This document shows, one piece after another, positions 61,321 through 64,000 of a DNA stretch of 64,000 bases (position 1 is its first letter; every line of letters begins with the position of its first letter). The translations under genes were made by a program, and so were the position numbers. The notes below the pieces were generated by a model. It saw only the letters and a program-made list of their open reading frames with translations, did no database searches and had not been told where the DNA came from. Origin of the DNA: Biomphalaria pfeifferi (Eukaryota); the NCBI GenBank assembly GCA_030265305.1, contig JASAOG010000080.1, positions 1,810,630-1,874,629 on the forward strand, written 5' to 3'.

Positions 61321-61977
61321 ATATTAGACTAATTAGTATCAAATGCTAACTTCAATTATTGATGTACATGCAAATATGTTTGAAACTTACAATTAAGTTT
61401 AATTAAATATTGTTCCTCTTGACAACTGTTGTTATTCACTAAATGTTCAGTTGAATAACTGTTATGCAATGTTTGTAGTTTGCATGCTATTATCTTTAGG
61501 TTCTTGTGTTACTCTGTTCAGGCTGGGGATACGGGACCGTAATATCATATCATACCCTAGCTAATCTGAAATCCCACCCTGACACTGTTTGCTTTAAAAC
61601 TAATCATAAAATGATCCATACCTTTAATACTAGTCCCTTAACAATGCTATATTACCCACTATAACTAAACCTCAAATTGATATATAAACATCATGCATTT
61701 TTATATTTTATCATGTTGATAAAAAATAGTAAGATGGTTTTCTGTATTGTTAGAAACTAATGATTAAACAGCGTTTGGAAAAAGTCTTCCTTGCCCTATC
61801 GGTAAACAATGTATTTCATTAGTTAATACAGATGCTGAGCTGAAGGTATTCCAATCATCTTCCATTAGGCTGTTTTAAATTCTGTATTTGCCTGTAGAGC
61901 TGGTAGTTATCATTATTGCAGAGCATACTCGGATTAACTTGAACCAGTCACTTCTTCTTTTTCTGTAAATACTGTAA

Positions 61978-61978
61978 C

Positions 61979-62016
<38 letters not shown>
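61978..62016. repeat. (TAA)n microsatellite
   Basis: aataataataataat... This generates the poly-L stretch in the 104-aa minus ORF. Confidence 0.95.
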
Positions 62017-62018
<2 letters not shown>

Positions 62019-64000
62019 TCTGTAAATAATGTAATAATATCAATATCTTTAATATCAATAATAAGCCTTGATCCTGGTGGTGCCAACAAAGGACTATTAG
62101 CTCATATTTACAATAATAATAATAATATTGTAAAAATAAGGAATAAAATGGTATAAATTTTTTTTGATGAATTTGATAACTGAGCCTAGACCTACAAATT
62201 CTATAAATACAAGTAAATGCCAAGTAAAAACTAGCTTGATGGAGAAAAAGCACGTTTTTCAAGAAATCTCAAGTTTCATTGTGCATAACATGTAGCTACA
62301 GACTATATCCTGGATCTTCCAATGTTGCATCTTTAGTAAATATTGAAAGATTAAGTATAGAAAGTAAGTATAGAGCTCCACTAAAAACTTTGGATACAAG
62401 AATGTTGGAATGATTTGAAAAAATTAAAATGCTACAAATAAATAATTATGTTGTTTTTTAAAATATGCCTCAGTTCCTGCTAGATATAATCATGCTTCAA
62501 ATAAACCTGATAGTCTTTTATTTTGACAAAGTTGACAGCGTCTACACAAAGTAAAGCTTTGGTTCTATGTCAATTTTTTTTTGTATAAACAATATTCATT
62601 GGTATATTAAAATGGTTAAAGCAGTGGGAAGCAAAAACACTACCAGTGCTTATCCCAAAACAAGAAAAAAAGTGATCAAGTGGTACCTCTCAGACTTACT
62701 GCTTGTCTTAATTCATAATTTAAAAAAAAAAAATAGGAGAGTTTGATATATATATAATAGCTACCACAGTTCTGCTTTTTAAAAATACTCCAGTGATAGT
62801 TAACGAAAGTTCTTTTTCAAAAGTTAACCATTAAAAAAAAAAAAAGCAAAACATTTGTGTATGTTCAAGTTGTATGGCCATGTCACAGGGTTCTAAGAGC
62901 CTGAAAAGAGCTCTCTCTCTCTGTGAAGGTACAGTATCAGGGGAAAAAAAAGGAAGCCAAAAGAAATAATTGGGAATTGACACAAAGGGATACATGGCCC
63001 TTACTTTGGATGAGACACAAAGATTAAATTGTAGTGTGCCAAGTTTCCAGCATTAATTTATGCTATAATAACATTTAATAACTTTATCAAACCTTTTCTA
63101 AAACCCATGCAGCATCTTCTATTGCTCTTTCAATGATCATTGCTATTCTCTCTTTATCTGTTTCATCCTCATGACTTTTGAAGGCCTGTGAACGGAAAAG
63201 ACTCAAGCTAAAAAAAAAAATATGTAACTTAATGAGCAAGATTTATTGGAGATACATGTGTGCTTGATTTGGCTAAGAGCAAATAAAACTATTTGCATTG
63301 TCAATAGTTTACTTTGTAAACATTTGTACATTTTTTTGTACAATGTAGCCAAAACAATGCATCATCTCATCTCTGCCCATGGTCCCTTCTGGGGCATAGG
63401 CCACCAACCAGACCTGGAGAACCACTACCACCATGGAAAAACTCCAGGTATTCATCAATAACTGCAGGATGAAGATTCTTAAGATCCACAAAACAATGCT
63501 CTGTCAATAACAGCCATTACTGTACAATTGGTAACACGTATACTGTACAAATATCTCTCCGATAACACAGTTCCGCCGTATCAACTCTTGCACTGGCCTC
63601 TTCGTCCCGTTTCGGGCTTGCACTGGGTTCAACAGTTCAGGACTGACTTCACACACTAGGCTTGTTGTGTCGGACTCAATCGCAGACCAAGATCAAGATG
63701 CCGTTTGTCTCAACTGTATTTAATAGTGCTCCGCACTGAACCGTCGTAATGCTCCGTACAGAGCCACACCGCTGAACTGTGCTGTAGTCGACCATGTTCT
63801 GAACTCTTGTCGTGAACCTCCTTTCGTGAACCATCTTGACTGCGACACCTCCGCTCTTATATAGGGTCCCTACTGGCCTTCTCGAACTGGACAGAATGCT
63901 GCTCGACGTTTCTAGGTGGTCAGATGACTACAACTCTTGTGACGCTCCTGAGCTCTGTTCACGACGGCGATCCTTCCCAAACCGTCCTGTTGACACTCAA

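Noticed and set aside
61948-62262. 104-aa minus ORF with a poly-Leu run
   Set aside because: Generated by the (TAA)n/(TTA)n microsatellite. Low complexity.
63246-63491. Overlapping + and - ORFs (HHLISAHGPFWGIGHQPDLENHYHHGKTPG...)
   Set aside because: No splice context, no homology, His-rich low complexity. Likely chance ORFs.

Overview
This is AT-rich eukaryotic (metazoan) genomic DNA with canonical GT-AG introns, not a prokaryotic locus. Three protein-coding genes can be reconstructed by hand from the ORF track, splice consensus and homology to well-known families. (1) A Mediator subunit 24 (MED24) orthologue on the + strand, 22 coding exons, about 6119-24156. (2) A complete major vault protein (MVP) gene on the - strand, 15 coding exons, 38131 down to 25871, convergent with MED24. 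(3) A small two-exon HAD-superfamily hydrolase-like gene on the + strand, 45406-48215. The remainder is intronic or intergenic DNA full of degraded non-LTR retrotransposon pieces (RTE/CR1-like ORF2 tails and RT fragments), two tRNA-derived SINE families, and a short 'cagacgttacttcaaaaaagaaga' element. It also holds AGATCT-rich low-complexity islands, microsatellites, two inverted arrays of a hairpin-forming minisatellite flanking the HAD gene, and a 967-bp macrosatellite in 3.0 tandem copies. There is no CRISPR, rRNA or bona fide tRNA gene. Exon coordinates were derived manually and may be off by a few nucleotides. MVP is absent from insects and nematodes, so the source is probably a cnidarian, mollusc or other invertebrate, but I cannot verify that.
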